DNA of 64,000 nucleotides from Syncephalis fuscata S228 (GCA_025786725.1 JAHLTZ010000014.1:310001-374000), one strand, 5' to 3'; shown: positions 14,324 through 27,865, counted from the stretch's first letter. The notes: generated by a model from the letters alone, not told the origin. A program made the numbers and translations.

Positions 14324-15660
14324 ATGAAGCAGAAGAATAAGCGACGATTTCTTTCTAGTCAACATAGTAATAGGAGTACTGATAAAAATAGAAGCAAAGA
14401 GAAAGGCAATGACACGGTTGAAAATACGTATACCAAAGCACTTGACCATAGGTTAAAACAACTTGATACGGGTATTCGTATATTAGAGGAAAAGTTGAAT
14501 GGTTTAGCACTAGTACCATCACCACTACCACCTAGCCATCCTCCTTATACACCAGAAGATATATTTAAAAAAAGCACAATAAAGACTTGTTGGCCAACAG
14601 GCAGTGAGCGCCGTTCTAGACTGGTAGCGGAAAAGAAGCAACTAGAATCACTACCCCACGCTCAGATTCATTTGGATTTCCTACAAGCACTGACTCGACC
14701 CAAGGATACAAATAATGATTTGGGAGTAAGGAATCGTGGTAAAGCACTCGGCGAACTTTATACCAATCGAGTAATAGCCTGGCATGATTTATTACAAGTT
14801 GAAGCGGAAGAGCGTAAAGCACTGCTTAACAAGCACCAACAAGGTGTACCGATGCCCAAAGAAGTATTCTTAGAGGCCGAATCACTTATAAAAAGTCAAA
14901 CTATGAAGCGATTTATTTCAGTGATTGATGAGTTACAGCATCGTACGAGTACGCTTTTTGATTCTATTATTAAGAAGAGCACCGAAATAGACTCACCACC
15001 TTTATTAACCACACCAAATGATGCAACATTCCTATCTAATAAGGCTATTTCGGATAGCATATCCACATCTACATCCACATCAATCTCTATACCATATACA
15101 TCTTATGAATCAGTAGCACATTCTACAGCTACAGCTACAGCAACTACAACACCAGGATTATTACCAAATATATCTAATAATCCAATGGTAACCACTATAC
15201 TACCCAATGATATTCATGGTAACTATTATTCTACTTCTAATCATAATTATAATTATAGTTATAACGATGTCTATAATATTAATACAAACAATTGGATATC
15301 CAATTTAATGGACTATTCATTAATAGATGGCCATTTACCTACATCTCATCTTATTATACCATGGTCTACAAGTAGTACTAGTCTATCAACAGCGTTGCCT
15401 TTATATGACAGGTAAGTTAAATGGTTTCTGTTTATATCTATCTATTATTCATACTATACATCTATTATTTATATAGTAATATTGATATGACATCTATGGC
15501 ACCAACAATGGAATTCAATTGTATAAACAAAAATGAGTCAAATGCTTTACTTTCTTTAGCTTTATCACCGGCTTCATTATCAACATCGGCTTATTATCGC
15601 CATCTTCATTTTCATCTTCATCTTCATCATTACTATTGCCACATCGTTCTAATACTGTAA
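14324..15660 (+). CDS. Hypothetical protein, helical N-half and S/T/N-rich C-half
   Basis: 363-codon ORF with GTAAGT donor at 15412 and a short second exon; no family recognised. 3' end uncertain (15660 or ~15692). Confidence 0.6.
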
Positions 15661-15804
15661 CGAGAAAGTCTCGTTATACTCAAGATTACTAAATTCACTA
15701 TTACACTTGCATATTATTAAATAAAATATAATCTATTAATTAATATTATCTCACACACACAAATATATATATAAAAATACGATGATCATACATTCTAATA
15801 GCTA

Positions 15805-17286
15805 TTAGAGTTTTGTTTCTTGTCTTGATGTATCTAATATAACTTAATTAATCAATAGTATTTATATTATTGTTAATTCAACTTACCTGACCGTTTTAGT
15901 CGTATATTATTCCGATTATTAACACTATTACCACTACTATTACTGGTGGGTCCATGCATTAAATCGTTTAGATGTGAAGTGGGTGGTGGTGGTGGCTTGC
16001 CTCCTGTCATTAGTATTCTTAATTGATTTGCTAATGACTGACACATTGATCGAAGTGATTGGATTTCTTCTCGTTGTCGTATCATTTCTTTTGATTGTTG
16101 TGCACGATAGTTTGTATCCATAGAATCCATTTCGGTAGTTAACACAGATACTTGTTCCCGTAAACGATCTGTTTCACTCATAAGTTGATGTTGTTGTTGT
16201 TCCAAATAGGCATATACAGGTGTACCTTCATCTAACATATTATTAGGTTGTAGAGAGAGTGGATGTGCCGTGGTTAATGGTTCACGAAGACTTGTCACTT
16301 CGTGTTCTAGTGCTTGAATTCGATCAGTCAATTCACGATTTTCCATCTCTAAGCTATCTTGTCGACGACGCATCTCATCAAGTAGTGGACGGATATTAGT
16401 ATAGATACAGCTTTGTAGATGTTCACTTGAGGCTCGTCGTGTTCCTTGCCACTGACAGCCAATATCTCGATGTCGACAATGAATCTGTCGATCCATACAC
16501 TCTTCTGTATGGGCATCCAGTTGACTTAGTGGCAGTTCTGAATAACAATAGGGACAGCATACTTGAGTGCTAGTTCTGGGACAGTTCTCTCGATGTGTCT
16601 ATATATCATAGTGCATCATATTAGCACGGTATATCTATGATTTAGTTTATTCCATTACCTCCATCTCTAAATATGGGATTTTTGTCATGCAGTCATGGCA
16701 CATCTGTAATCGATGAATACACTCAAGTGCATGTGATTCTATAGCTGAAGGCGTGCCACGCTCTGTACAATTATTATGTGGACAGGCTAGTGAAATATGG
16801 ACACAATCAGTTTGCATATGTGATTTAACTTCTTGTCGTGATAGAATGCGCTCACAACCAACTGACTGGTTAGGACATTGTACACGTAGTTCATTAACCA
16901 AGTGTTGCACTACTGGATCAGCTGAGCGTATATTGGCCATAGTCAGTGACTGTCGGTCAATAGGACATATAGAGGCGACCTCAAGGGCACGAGCCAAACA
17001 TGACCGACAAAATGTATGTCTACATGCCAGTCAATGGTTATTTATTAGCTTTAATAGCCATAACACAACAGTCTGCTACTTACCCGCACGGCGTAGTTAC
17101 TGGATCGCGAAAGGGAGCTTGACAAATACAGCAGGTAAGATTAGGATTCACTGGATCAATATATTGGAATACAGCATCTTCGTCATCCCACGCGTCTGCT
17201 TGTACCGATAATGGACCCTGCTGTTGTTGTCGCGTCTCCTCCACTGACGAGGAAGAAGTAGTTACAGAATTAGTATGGTCTGTCAT
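15805..17286 (-). CDS. RING + TRAF-type zinc-finger protein with coiled-coil tail
   Basis: CCICQAPFRDPVTTPCG/HTFCRSC...CPIDR RING; LVNELRVQCPN...GC; further C/H fingers; last exon DTSRQETKL*. Confidence 0.85.
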
Positions 17287-17442
17287 GCCACAACTACTAT
17301 TTAAAGGAGACCAAAGTAAAAAACAACACAAAGAATAAGAAAGGAATACTTAATGAGAAAGTATTGCGTGTAATAACACTATTAATTAAATATATTATTA
17401 ACATTATTAACATTATTAATTAATTAATTATCTATTATTTAT

Positions 17443-18950
17443 TTATTTATTAACTGTATTGGATTTAGTAGGTAGATAGGCTGATTGTCTTAAACAAGCT
17501 GCCCATTTCCTATTAGTAGGTGGTGGTGCCATTACCCAATAAGGTGGTACTTGAGATGCTCGAACTGAACTGCCCGGTTCAACAATATACTGATCCCATC
17601 CTCGTCTATATATATATATATAAAGTATTAATTAATAAATTACTATTAATCCTTCTATTCACTCTATTTACCTAATAGCCACCAACGATGCAAGACTCTG
17701 TGTAGCTTGATTATAGAATAGTTGATAAATATCCGTGTTACCATCCAACTTTGATGCTATTAACATAGATTCTACTTCAACTGATGGTACTGCTACAATA
17801 TTGGATGGATTATTCATAGCTTCCACTTGATCATAGAATGCACGGTCATCTTCAGGAAATACTTGGCCTAGTAACAATTATTAATACAATTGTATTATCC
17901 AATTATACTATTTAATATATTATGTGTAAATTTACCTGCTCGTTTTCGCTTAGCTTTCGTAATTCCCGTAATTCTTCAAGTTGTTTAATCAGTTTTTGTA
18001 GTTCTGTTTGTTTGCGTATTCCATATTTTGATATTCTTTTTGGTGGCGGTGCTTTCTTCTTTGTTATAAATAAGTATTACGTAGAAATATACAATTCTAT
18101 TCCAACTTACCATTGAACATAATTCTTTAGTAGTATCCCTTGACTGGTTATTACTATCGTTGCTATTGTTATACTGTTGTATTCTCCATTGATCTATCTC
18201 GTATAGCATCTGTTTTCTACGCTCTTCTGCGTCTTTTATTGACTTTCTTTGACGGGTACGCATTCGTTTTTGCCATGCCTATAATTAATCAGATTATCAT
18301 TTAACTAAATAGCTTATATACTATTAAACATACCTTTTTACGTTTTTGTTTGGCCAACTTGAGACTCATTCGATGCTGTGATATCTTTTTACTCTCTTCC
18401 AACTGACCTAATAGCTTTGTTATATGTCTCTACTACTAGTTAGTTATCATTTCTATTACATGTTCATAGCAAGCCATTATCACTTACTTTAAGCGTATTG
18501 GCCTGTTGTAGTTTATGTTCAATACTATTCTGTTCATTCGTGTCATTACGACAGTGTTCAATACATTCTATCAATCTATCTAGTTCCTGCTTTGTCTCTT
18601 CAATAACCACAGCTGTAGACTGCTTGTCACTACTATTACACGTCCATCGAGTTGGATTGCCTTGTTGTGATTGTTGTGCTGCTGTTTTAGCAGCCAACCA
18701 CTCATTTATCCATACTTGATCGCCCTTCATTAGTTGACTATAACAAGAACAAGAACACAGCTCAATTAATAGTGTCAACTGAAACAACCAAAAAAGTACT
18801 ATTTATTATTATTATTATTATTAGTAAACACTAACTTTTTAAACAACCACCTCATCTTATTGAATTCCTGTATTTTTTATCAATAACCAACCATAACAAC
18901 AACAGGGCAATCCTACGGTTTTTAAGGCTTACTTTAGAAGCTGCATGCAT
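17443..18950 (-). CDS. PDCD7: U11/U12 snRNP 59-kDa protein (PDCD7)
   Basis: C-terminus FYNQATQSLASLVAIRRGWDQYIV...VPPYWVMAPPPTNRKWA matches the PDCD7 family end (LIxIRxxWDQY...PxGWVxPPxP...W); basic coiled-coil middle. Start 18950 inferred (alternative 18855). Confidence 0.82.
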
Positions 18951-18973
18951 GACTACAAGTAAAACGCGTCAAT

Positions 18974-21900
18974 ATGTCATTTACTCAGTTTCTTTTTGGT
19001 AATGTTAATGAAGAAGGTGCCGTGGACGGTGAATATCTAGATCTTGTAAGTAGACCGAGTAGTTGCGCAATGCGCTTTAAATCTAACCTAGATTGCGCTA
19101 CCAACGCCAGGAGTTGCAGGATTCTCTTCAACAAGGTGGTGCGCCCTCCATTCTTCAAGATCTATTTTCAGCCGAGACATTTGGTCTTGATGAAGGTGAT
19201 GCCGACTCTAATGCGTCTATTATGTCGCCGGCGTTCTCTTGGACGGCACCCGATGCTATGGATTTTTCAGACTTTCAGGAATTAGCTGAAGATAGCAGTG
19301 TAGCTCCTAGTGAAAGTATACCTATCGCTTCTCTTACCGATAGTTATACTGGCAAACATGATAGCAACAGCAACAACAAACAACAATAACAATAATAACA
19401 ATAAGCCTGATAGTGATCCAAGAAATACACTAGTTAATACAGCAGTAATGGAATCGTTATTAGCAAGTCTACCTAATGGAATAGATGTTGCTTCATCGCT
19501 TGAATGGATGCAACAACTGCCATTGTCATTACCGGCTATAACTGAACAATTAGCCATCATAGAAGCTGATACTATGCAAAAAGAATCACCAATCGATATT
19601 GTTAAGCGACGATATCCTAATTTTGAACCAGATCAGATTTTAAAGTTTTCAGAATTATTTGCTGAACGGCCATCTCAATCTATAAATAGAAAGAAAGGTA
19701 ATGAATTATATTAATTGTGTAATATAATACTAATAGATACTATTAGACCTTGCCACATTATTGGAAACAACACAACGGCCTAGTGATAAAATTACCTTTC
19801 CCCAATATACATCGCCTAATAAGAACAGTAATAACACGGGTTCATTCTCTTATCTATCCGATATGACATTACTGTATCATAAACCGCAAAAACAATATGC
19901 TACTATGGGATCGGAATTGGATATGGATAATGATGAAGCGCTGAATGATATAGTAGGATACATTATGTATTTATATAGATAGATAGAGTATTAATGTAAC
20001 TATTTAATGATATAGAAAGCAACAGACTTTTATTCAGTGGCACTTTCAGCATGGGAGGATAATATTCAATGGCAGGAGAAGGAGATGCCATCTTCGTAAG
20101 TTGATATAATTAATAAAGTCAATTGACTAATCATTAGTATTTAGGCCATCCAATGAAGTAATTATACTAACAGCTGATTATAATGTTAATACTAATACCA
20201 ATATTACTATTTAATAGACAAAGGCTGATTTGATGCAACATATAAGAAATCCTGATCTTGAAAATGGTGACTGGCAGGGTCAAATTGCCTGGGATGAGAA
20301 TTATGCAGCTGTTTTACGACATAATATACATGTGGAATTCAATATGAATGATCCACATATGTTATTTGAAGTGGTAGATGAGGATACTCTAGTCAATAGT
20401 AAGTAACAATAATAGTATATATATATATATATAATATCAATAATTGATAATTGATAATTGATAAAAAGAGCGACGACGTACAGCAAAAGATAATCAACCT
20501 TTTATGGTAATTATAAATGAAATGAGCATAAAATAGCCAGATTGCTAACAATTAATGATTAGTCAACGGAAATGCCATCTGATTTGAATCTATCAAATGA
20601 TAAATACTATGAAGTATCTCGTGAGGCTCGATTACAGCGAGTTCGACAAACATTTGGTCAACTTATTGTACAACATACGTTACCGGCCATTAAATTGCAA
20701 TTGCCTTATGTAAGTATTCTATAGTACAGATTAATTGTTTGATTTATTAATGATATATAGTATAAAATCCGTATGTCTAAAACAGAATTGCGCTCATTTC
20801 ATCGGCCAATGTTGTCAGCCACGGTTGGTACAAGTGGTACTTTTCAACGATTGAAAAAACTTAGTAAAAAGGAAAAGAAGGTTAAAAAGCGCAATTTATC
20901 CGAATTTATTCGTTCGGCTAAACAGCTTTCGCTTCGTGATACGGGAGATTTTGTGTTACTTGAATATTCGGTAGGTGACACTAATAAATATTGTTTTAAA
21001 TGTATCACTTACAAAACATATATATATTTAGGAGGAGAATCCACCTATTCTTTCAAATATTGGTATGGGATCAATGCTAGTCAATTATTATCGAAAAGAA
21101 GATCCACAAGATGTATTTATTCCAAAGGTAAATAGACTAGTAGGACTGATTGATCTGCCATATTATATGGATGCTAATGTTTACGTATAGTCGGATACAG
21201 GTGTACCCTTTGTTTGGAAACAACAGATGCATCGCCTTTTATGAACTTTGGCAATGTTGAACCAGGACAGACTATTACTGCATTGTATAATAATCTAGTA
21301 CGTGCACCTATATTCTCGCAAAAGGTGCCGTCAACCGATTTTTTGGTTATTAAGTAATACAATAGGAACGAAATAACAACTGCCATTTATTAATGTTGTG
21401 CATTATAGACACAAATTTGAACAAGAAACAAAGTGGTATTTAAAGGAGATTCCTAGTCTATTTGTTGTAGGACAAACGTATCCGGTTCAAGAAGTGCCTG
21501 GACCACATGCACGTAAAATTACAACTACTGTAAAGAATCGATTACAAGTAAATATTAAATTTATTAATATATTCAATAATAGTAATCATATAATGACAGG
21601 TCCTTTCATATCGATTGACTCAACGAGATTTACATCGTGGTCTTCGTATTACAAAGATTGCCAAATATTTTAATGAATTTAATGAAGCACAAATTCGTCA
21701 AAAGTTAAAGGTAGTAGTTAGATGACTAAATGGTTATTTAATTACTAATAATACTATGGGTATTAGGAATTTATGGAATATCAACGAGGAAGCCATTTGG
21801 GTCTATGGAAACCAAAGCCTAGCATGCCTATTCCAACTGAACAACAGCTTCGAAGGATGGTGACACCTGAAATGGTAAATAAGACTATTATTGATAGCAC

Positions 21901-23644
21901 AATATTAATAATGGTATGATTAGGTGTGTTTATTTGAAAGTATGCTTGTTGGACAGCGTTATTTGGAAGATGCTGGTTATGGTGCAGCTGAAGATGATGG
22001 AAATCTTGCTGATGCTGATTCAAAACTGGAATTGGAACAGCAATTGGCACCATGGATTGCTACAAAGAATTTTATTAATGCCGCTCAGGTAAATAGCGCT
22101 ATTTAGTATACTATAGCATGATATTTATTTACTTATTGCTGATAATTAGGGAAAGGCAATGCTTAAACTTTATGGACCAGGTGATCCGACTGGATGTGGC
22201 GAAGGATTTAGTTTTCTGCGTATTTCAATGAAAGACGTATTTATTCGAGCCCATGAAGATCCACAGCAGAAATTAGGTAAGTTATTATGCTACTTAGATT
22301 ATGAACAAGTATTGACCGTGTAATGAATAGCGGAAATTGATGCAAGACCAAAGAGTGCACATAGATACAATGTTGCTGAGCAACAACAAGCTTATCGTGA
22401 AGAAGTAAGTGAAGTGGTGGTTGATCTAGCATTTGTACTAATTGGCCAGTAGATTACACGAATTTGGAATACTCAAATGCAATCGCTTAGTCAGCAGACT
22501 TATCAAGAGCCGGCAGATGATGATATAGACGACGATGAAGATGAAGACGACGATGACCGCAGTGAACAAAGCGGTTATGGTCGACGTAATAGCTGGGAGG
22601 ATACAGGCGTAAGTGTTCTGGTGTTCAACATCTATTTCTAACCAGTATTATGCAGAGCTATGGCCGAGGTGGTCCATTCTCGCCTACAGCTTCTATGGGA
22701 TCAAGTGCATGGGATAGAGGCGATCATGATATGGAAGATGATATGATATCATTAACGGAAAGTCAAGGTTCTCGTACAAGTGGTGGTCCATCTCATGCCA
22801 ATCGATACTTGATTATTAAACGACGCGTAAGTATGATGACTACCTTTAGTAGTAGCTGTATTAATTAATACTTGTTTATTATTAGGTGCGACAACCCAAT
22901 GGCAACGAAGTGTGGGAAGAAGAGAGAGTAACAGAGCCAGCTGTTATTAGTGCTTATCTTCGACAACGGCAGCTGATTGAAGAAAAGACGATAGAGTAAG
23001 TAAATATAATAATGATAATAATAACGATATTAATGAATAAATCAGTGCCGAGACAATTGAAATCACTAATAATGATGAAAAGAATCGAAGATTAAAGAAA
23101 ATGTAAGTATTTTATTTAAATTATTATAATGATATAAATGCTAATATTGATTATGTTTTAGCATTATGGATCAATTGGCGAAATTGAAACGTAATCAAGA
23201 ACGCCGTCGTGCTCGTGCATTGCCAAACAGAAAAAGGAAATGACGTTTGGATTCAGAAAAGAAGGCACAACTGTAAGTGATTATAATCAACTAATCTTTT
23301 ATATCTACCTATCTATATATAAGTACTAATGATGTATTAATAGCGACGTTGTGGCAATTGTGGGCAATTAGGCCATATGAAAACAAGTCGCAAATGTCCA
23401 CTATGGAATGCTAATGGAGAACATACACGTAAAAATGAACAACCGGAAAGTTCTACTGCTGGGTAAACTATTATAAGCTACAAGTTTATATTTTGTTAGT
23501 AATGACGTAATAGTGATAATGGTTCCTCTGCAAATCGAACACAAACGGTTAAACTACGTTTGTCAACGGTTACTTTCCGTAAGTGCTAAAAAATAACTAG
23601 AAGTAGTTATCTTATTTGTATTTATAGAGGAAAAACAAGATTAA
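18974..23644 (+). CDS. TAF1: TFIID subunit TAF1 (fungal type, no bromodomains seen)
   Basis: FLFGNVNEEG, NLSNDKYY, LRSFHRP, LLEYSEENPPILSNIGMGS, SPFMNFGNVEPGQ, EVPGPHARK, LAPWIATKNF, GPGDPTGCGEGFSF, zinc knuckle CGNCGQLGHMKTSRKCP. Probable indel errors near 19380 and 23220. Confidence 0.95.
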
Positions 23645-24222
23645 TCATTTAAAGTGTATAATAAAAATTGCGTTTTTAAAACTAATCGATTCACTATTGT
23701 AAGCTACTGCATGTCATTTATAAATACCTTTCTATTTTCTTTAACATAGACATGCAAAGATATACTTGTTATTGACAATTTATAATGATTATTATTGTAT
23801 TATACTCTACCAAATACTCATCATCACTTATTGTCTATTTATTTAAGTATTGTATTAAAGCAGTCTAAGCACAACTGGTGGGTTTGAGATATCAACACCA
23901 CTAATATGATTGGACTGCCAATTTAATACAAATTAGTTGTAGAGAGGAAAGAGGAAATGGAATGCAAATTGGTCGCATGTTCGGTTATCTTGGCAAAAGC
24001 AGCCCCTTGTACAACCGGTATTTGGCATCTTTATAAATTCCATTGGACATTTTAACTGGTTCAATTCTTAACTAATGACATCATTGTACTACCAACGTGG
24101 CTATATTGGACTAGATATATTCAGCTATGCATAGTTGTCATAAAGCATGGCTTATCTATAAAATGGCGCTAATTACAGCCGTTTTCTATCAAATCATCTT
24201 ATTTCATATCTATCTACTCACT

Positions 24223-24948
24223 ATGTTTTTTTCGTTGAAAACAATTATTCCACTTATGGCCATTGTGGGTGCAGCCATGGGACAGACATCAAATACCAGT
24301 AGTACCAAATCCTCCAAATCCATAATTTCAGATCTTTCAGATAGCTGTAGAAAAGCAATGAACGGTACTGATGTAGTACCAGAGTGCTTTGAGTCTCTAC
24401 CAAATGCCCAAAAGTCTGGTTCATTCAAGTCCGTTTGTGGAGCACCTATCGACGGTACTGCCAATCACCTTTGCACGAATGATCAAGTTAATAAGGCACT
24501 TGATACGCTTGAGAGCTCGTGCAAAGACGAGCTGGAGAAAAACCAGACGTTAGCCATTTTGACTTACCACGTCTGGCTAATTTATCCATCAACCAGAGAC
24601 GTCGGCTGTACAAAAGATGCCGATGGCTCATATTGCATTGAAAAGCTAAGCAATGCTACCGAAGCGGAGCGATGCCAAAGCTGTGGGCGCTCTGTTATTG
24701 AGGCAGGACTCAAGTGGAAACCTATTCGCTCGCCCTCGTTCATTAATGAGATGATTGGCAAGCAAACGGAATCAAGCAAGGAGTTAGCAAAGAAGTGCAA
24801 TATCACTGTTAGTGATGCATCGTCTTCATCTACAGGTTCCAACGATTCCTCGTCCTTATTTGCAAAAACCAGTCACTATATTTTCAGTCTTGCTATGGTT
24901 GGCTCAACGGCCTTTGTTGTAATTAGCGCAATGGTATTTAATCCTTAG
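24223..24948 (+). CDS. Intronless secreted Cys-rich protein, probably GPI-anchored
   Basis: Signal peptide MFFSLKTIIPLMAIVGAAMG, 10 Cys, Ser-rich linker, hydrophobic C-terminus (YIFSLAMVGSTAFVVISAMVFNP*). Confidence 0.85.
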   Translation: MFFSLKTIIPLMAIVGAAMGQTSNTSSTKSSKSIISDLSDSCRKAMNGTDVVPECFESLPNAQKSGSFKSVCGAPIDGTANHLCTNDQVNKALDTLESSCKDELEKNQTLAILTYHVWLIYPSTRDVGCTKDADGSYCIEKLSNATEAERCQSCGRSVIEAGLKWKPIRSPSFINEMIGKQTESSKELAKKCNITVSDASSSSTGSNDSSSLFAKTSHYIFSLAMVGSTAFVVISAMVFNP

Positions 24949-25439
24949 CTATTTCTTAATAGATTATTTGAATTAATTAGTTATTACCAATAAAATAAAT
25001 TTATCTAGTCCTTTATTGTTTTCTTTATTTATGGTTAATTATAATCATTATTCACTGACTAGACCTGTTGGATATCAAGTCAATTCAGATTTATTTTGAT
25101 TTAAAAAAGACAACGATATTTTTAGAATAATTTGCAATAACAGTTTTAGTTATGGTATGAATTACTCGTATTGTTGATGTAATTGTGCTACTATTTGATA
25201 CAATTTGGTATATATTTAATAAATACCAAAACATTTGATGACTTCCATTTAGTCCGTCCACAAGTTCTAAAGAATACCTCAATTTATTCGATTTTCAAAT
25301 ATTTATAGTACTGTATCATTAAAGAGACTACATTGATTCACATCCATCCAACTATACAAAACATGTAATGACGTAATATTTTTTTATAAAGTAACACTGA
25401 TCCATTGTCATTTTCCCTACTTTTCTATCAAATCATTGC

Positions 25440-25911
25440 ATTTTGAATTTATCTATGCTTCATTGATTGATGGTGCCTCTGGTCATTTTGCACAAATGAT
25501 CAAGTTAGTAAGACGATCGATACGCATAAGAGTTTGTACAAAGACAAGCTGGAAAAAAACTAGACGGCTACTCAAAAAATTACGCAAACAGTTTGATCTA
25601 CACGCTAAATAGGAACTTCGTTTGTATAAAATATACCGATGAATCGTATTGTGTCAAAAAATCTATTAATGCCACGGAAACAAAAATATGCCAAAAACTG
25701 CTGACATTCTGCTATTGAAATGGCACTCAAATGGAAGCCCAATCGATTTATTTTGTTTGCCAAAGAAGTTGACAAGATGACAAAGGAGTGCAATGTCATT
25801 GTCAGCAGTTTCTCGTCCTCATTTAGATAACCCAGCCACTATATCTTCAGTGCTGCTACGATTGGATCGACGGCCTTTGTTGTAGTTAGTGCAATGTTAT
25901 TTAATATTTAG
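25440..25911 (+). pseudogene. Decayed tandem duplicate of the 24223-24948 gene
   Basis: TTGCACAAATGATCAAGTTAGTAAG vs TTGCACGAATGATCAAGTTAATAAG; CCAGCCACTATATCTTCAGT...GGCCTTTGTTGTAGTTAGTGCAATG vs CCAGTCACTATATTTTCAGT...GGCCTTTGTTGTAATTAGCGCAATG. In-frame stops and indels; no recognisable 5' end. Confidence 0.85.
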
Positions 25912-26099
25912 CTTTTTAATAAGTTAAACTGCTGTGTTCTATTTTTGATATGACTGCTATCGAAGATATTACCCAGTATAAAATGTATACTCAGTTTTAC
26001 TATTTCGTTTGTTTCTATTTCTATTAAAAACATATCTATAAACTATGGTTCCAAATGTCTTTTTTAATTCGTTCTGCTGTGCTCATTATTTACAAATAG

Positions 26100-27715
26100 T
26101 ATGTTTTATGGTATATCGGTGTTACCATTGTATATTCAAATAAACATTGTAGTTCGAAATCACTAGATATGCGCATACTAATATCTGTACGTTTGTTGCA
26201 TGCAATTGGCCAATTCAAGTTAGTTTTGATAGCATCAACGATTGAGCGAATATTTATTATTAGAAATGCTATTGTGGTCATATCAAAAGCAATAGTATTT
26301 TTAGACAAGTTGTTTGTAAGTTAAACAAGCTATTCATTCATGTAACTATAATGTGGTGTTAAATCGAATGCATGAAATCCATCAGTGTAACTTTATTGTT
26401 AAGAAACTATAGCTGGTTTATGCAAAACAGTGTACATCTGTAAAAAGTGCAAATCTAGTGCACTAGTCTTGCTGTTGTATCGACGTTAGGAAGTGTCTGA
26501 ATGCACGCAGATACTAGGATTGAGTTTGTTGGCGAAAACAGCACAAAGACATAGCAGTAATTAGCATGTTGTTGTAGAACCAATAGATTTAGTTTGCATC
26601 GTATAAGCGAGTTGTGTAATAATACAGTACGCATTAATGGATGGATTTTACTACATATTTACTGGATGATAATACTATCGCGTCATCTATCTAATTGTCA
26701 GGCCAATTAAAGCAAAATTATGTTACATGCTATCACATCATCGATATGTTGGTATAAGTATGATTTGAGCCATCATGTGAGCATGTTGTTGCTGACTCGC
26801 ATTGCACGTTAATGATATAAAATATACAAAACAGTATATTGGTATTTCTGCATAATTATATGTTTAAATAGACTATAAATGTACACAGCTAACAGTGGTA
26901 CCAGCATCACACTCTGCTGCCTACCCATTACTACTGCACTCTGTTGTCTGCTCTATTTGCTTGTCTTCATAAATCAATATCAACACGAAGCTTTCTATTG
27001 CCATTGACTGCTCCATCATCATGGCCTTTATGGTCAATACAGCCATTGTGGATACTAAGCCAGTTCTAGCCCTTTGTAGTATGCTATAATTACGATTGAA
27101 ATAACTAGCTATTTATTAACTAACGTTTTATGTAAATCTAACGTTGCTAGCTCATAAGCTGTATTGTATATTAGTTAGTTATGTGATATTTAGTTTGTTA
27201 TGCTTTTAATACCCTGTATTAACAGTTAGCAAGTAACTTGTTAGATTAATCAGCTATGTGCTAAATACATGTTATACATCATTATGTTTAATGATTTCTA
27301 CCAACAAGTCGTAAATGCAATTGTATATTAATTAAACATGCATTAATTACAAGCTATAGACCATGTATGTTTAATAATTTGTATAATAGTTGGTAAGTGG
27401 CATTGTATATCAACCAACTATCCACTAAACATATACCATGTAGTTCATGCGCTTAATAACAATATAAGAGGCTGTAAGTGGTATTGCATGCTACGGTTCA
27501 TACGTTAATTATGTAAAATACGCTGTACATATTTATAAATACAGTCTAATAGAGTCTCCTAAGACATTGCCAATGCTAATGTGATTGGACTGCTACTTTG
27601 ATATATTTTATGTATACGTTTAGCAGCAAGCAAGACCATTTGGCAATTGCCGCTTATTCTGTTTACATATCAAGTTCTACTCAATGCTCCAATTTATTCA
27701 TTTTTAATTAATAAT
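26100..27715 (+). repeat. Dispersed cassette copy B (upstream ~0.9 kb, gene, 3' flank)
   Basis: Collinear similarity to the reverse complement of 33340-35620, e.g. TTGCTGTTGTATCG, CACGTCATCT/CGCGTCATCT, GATATGTTGGTATA, CAAGACCATTTG, ACATATCAAGTTC. Boundaries approximate. Confidence 0.85.
26985..27549 (+). pseudogene. Micro-exon secreted-peptide gene, copy B (decayed)
   Basis: Start ATG>ACG; 94-nt exon 26985-27078 (xKLSIAIDCSIIMAFMVNTAIVDTKPVLALC+A). Micro-exons: CTC 27151-53 (donor ATAAGC), TTA 27226-28 (donor GCAAGT), GTC 27308-10 (acceptor AA), TTG 27390-92, GCT 27471-73. Terminal CAG|TC TAA, stop at 27547-49. Confidence 0.8.
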
Positions 27716-27865
27716 ACCGTTATATTACCAACGAATATGTGTTTAATTGCCTATTAAGCTATACAAACTTGTAGTAATAAACATATGATTTTATTTAATT
27801 TAGGTAATCAAATTATTAGTACGACTAGATAAACATAAAGTTATTACTGTTTTTATTATATTCGT

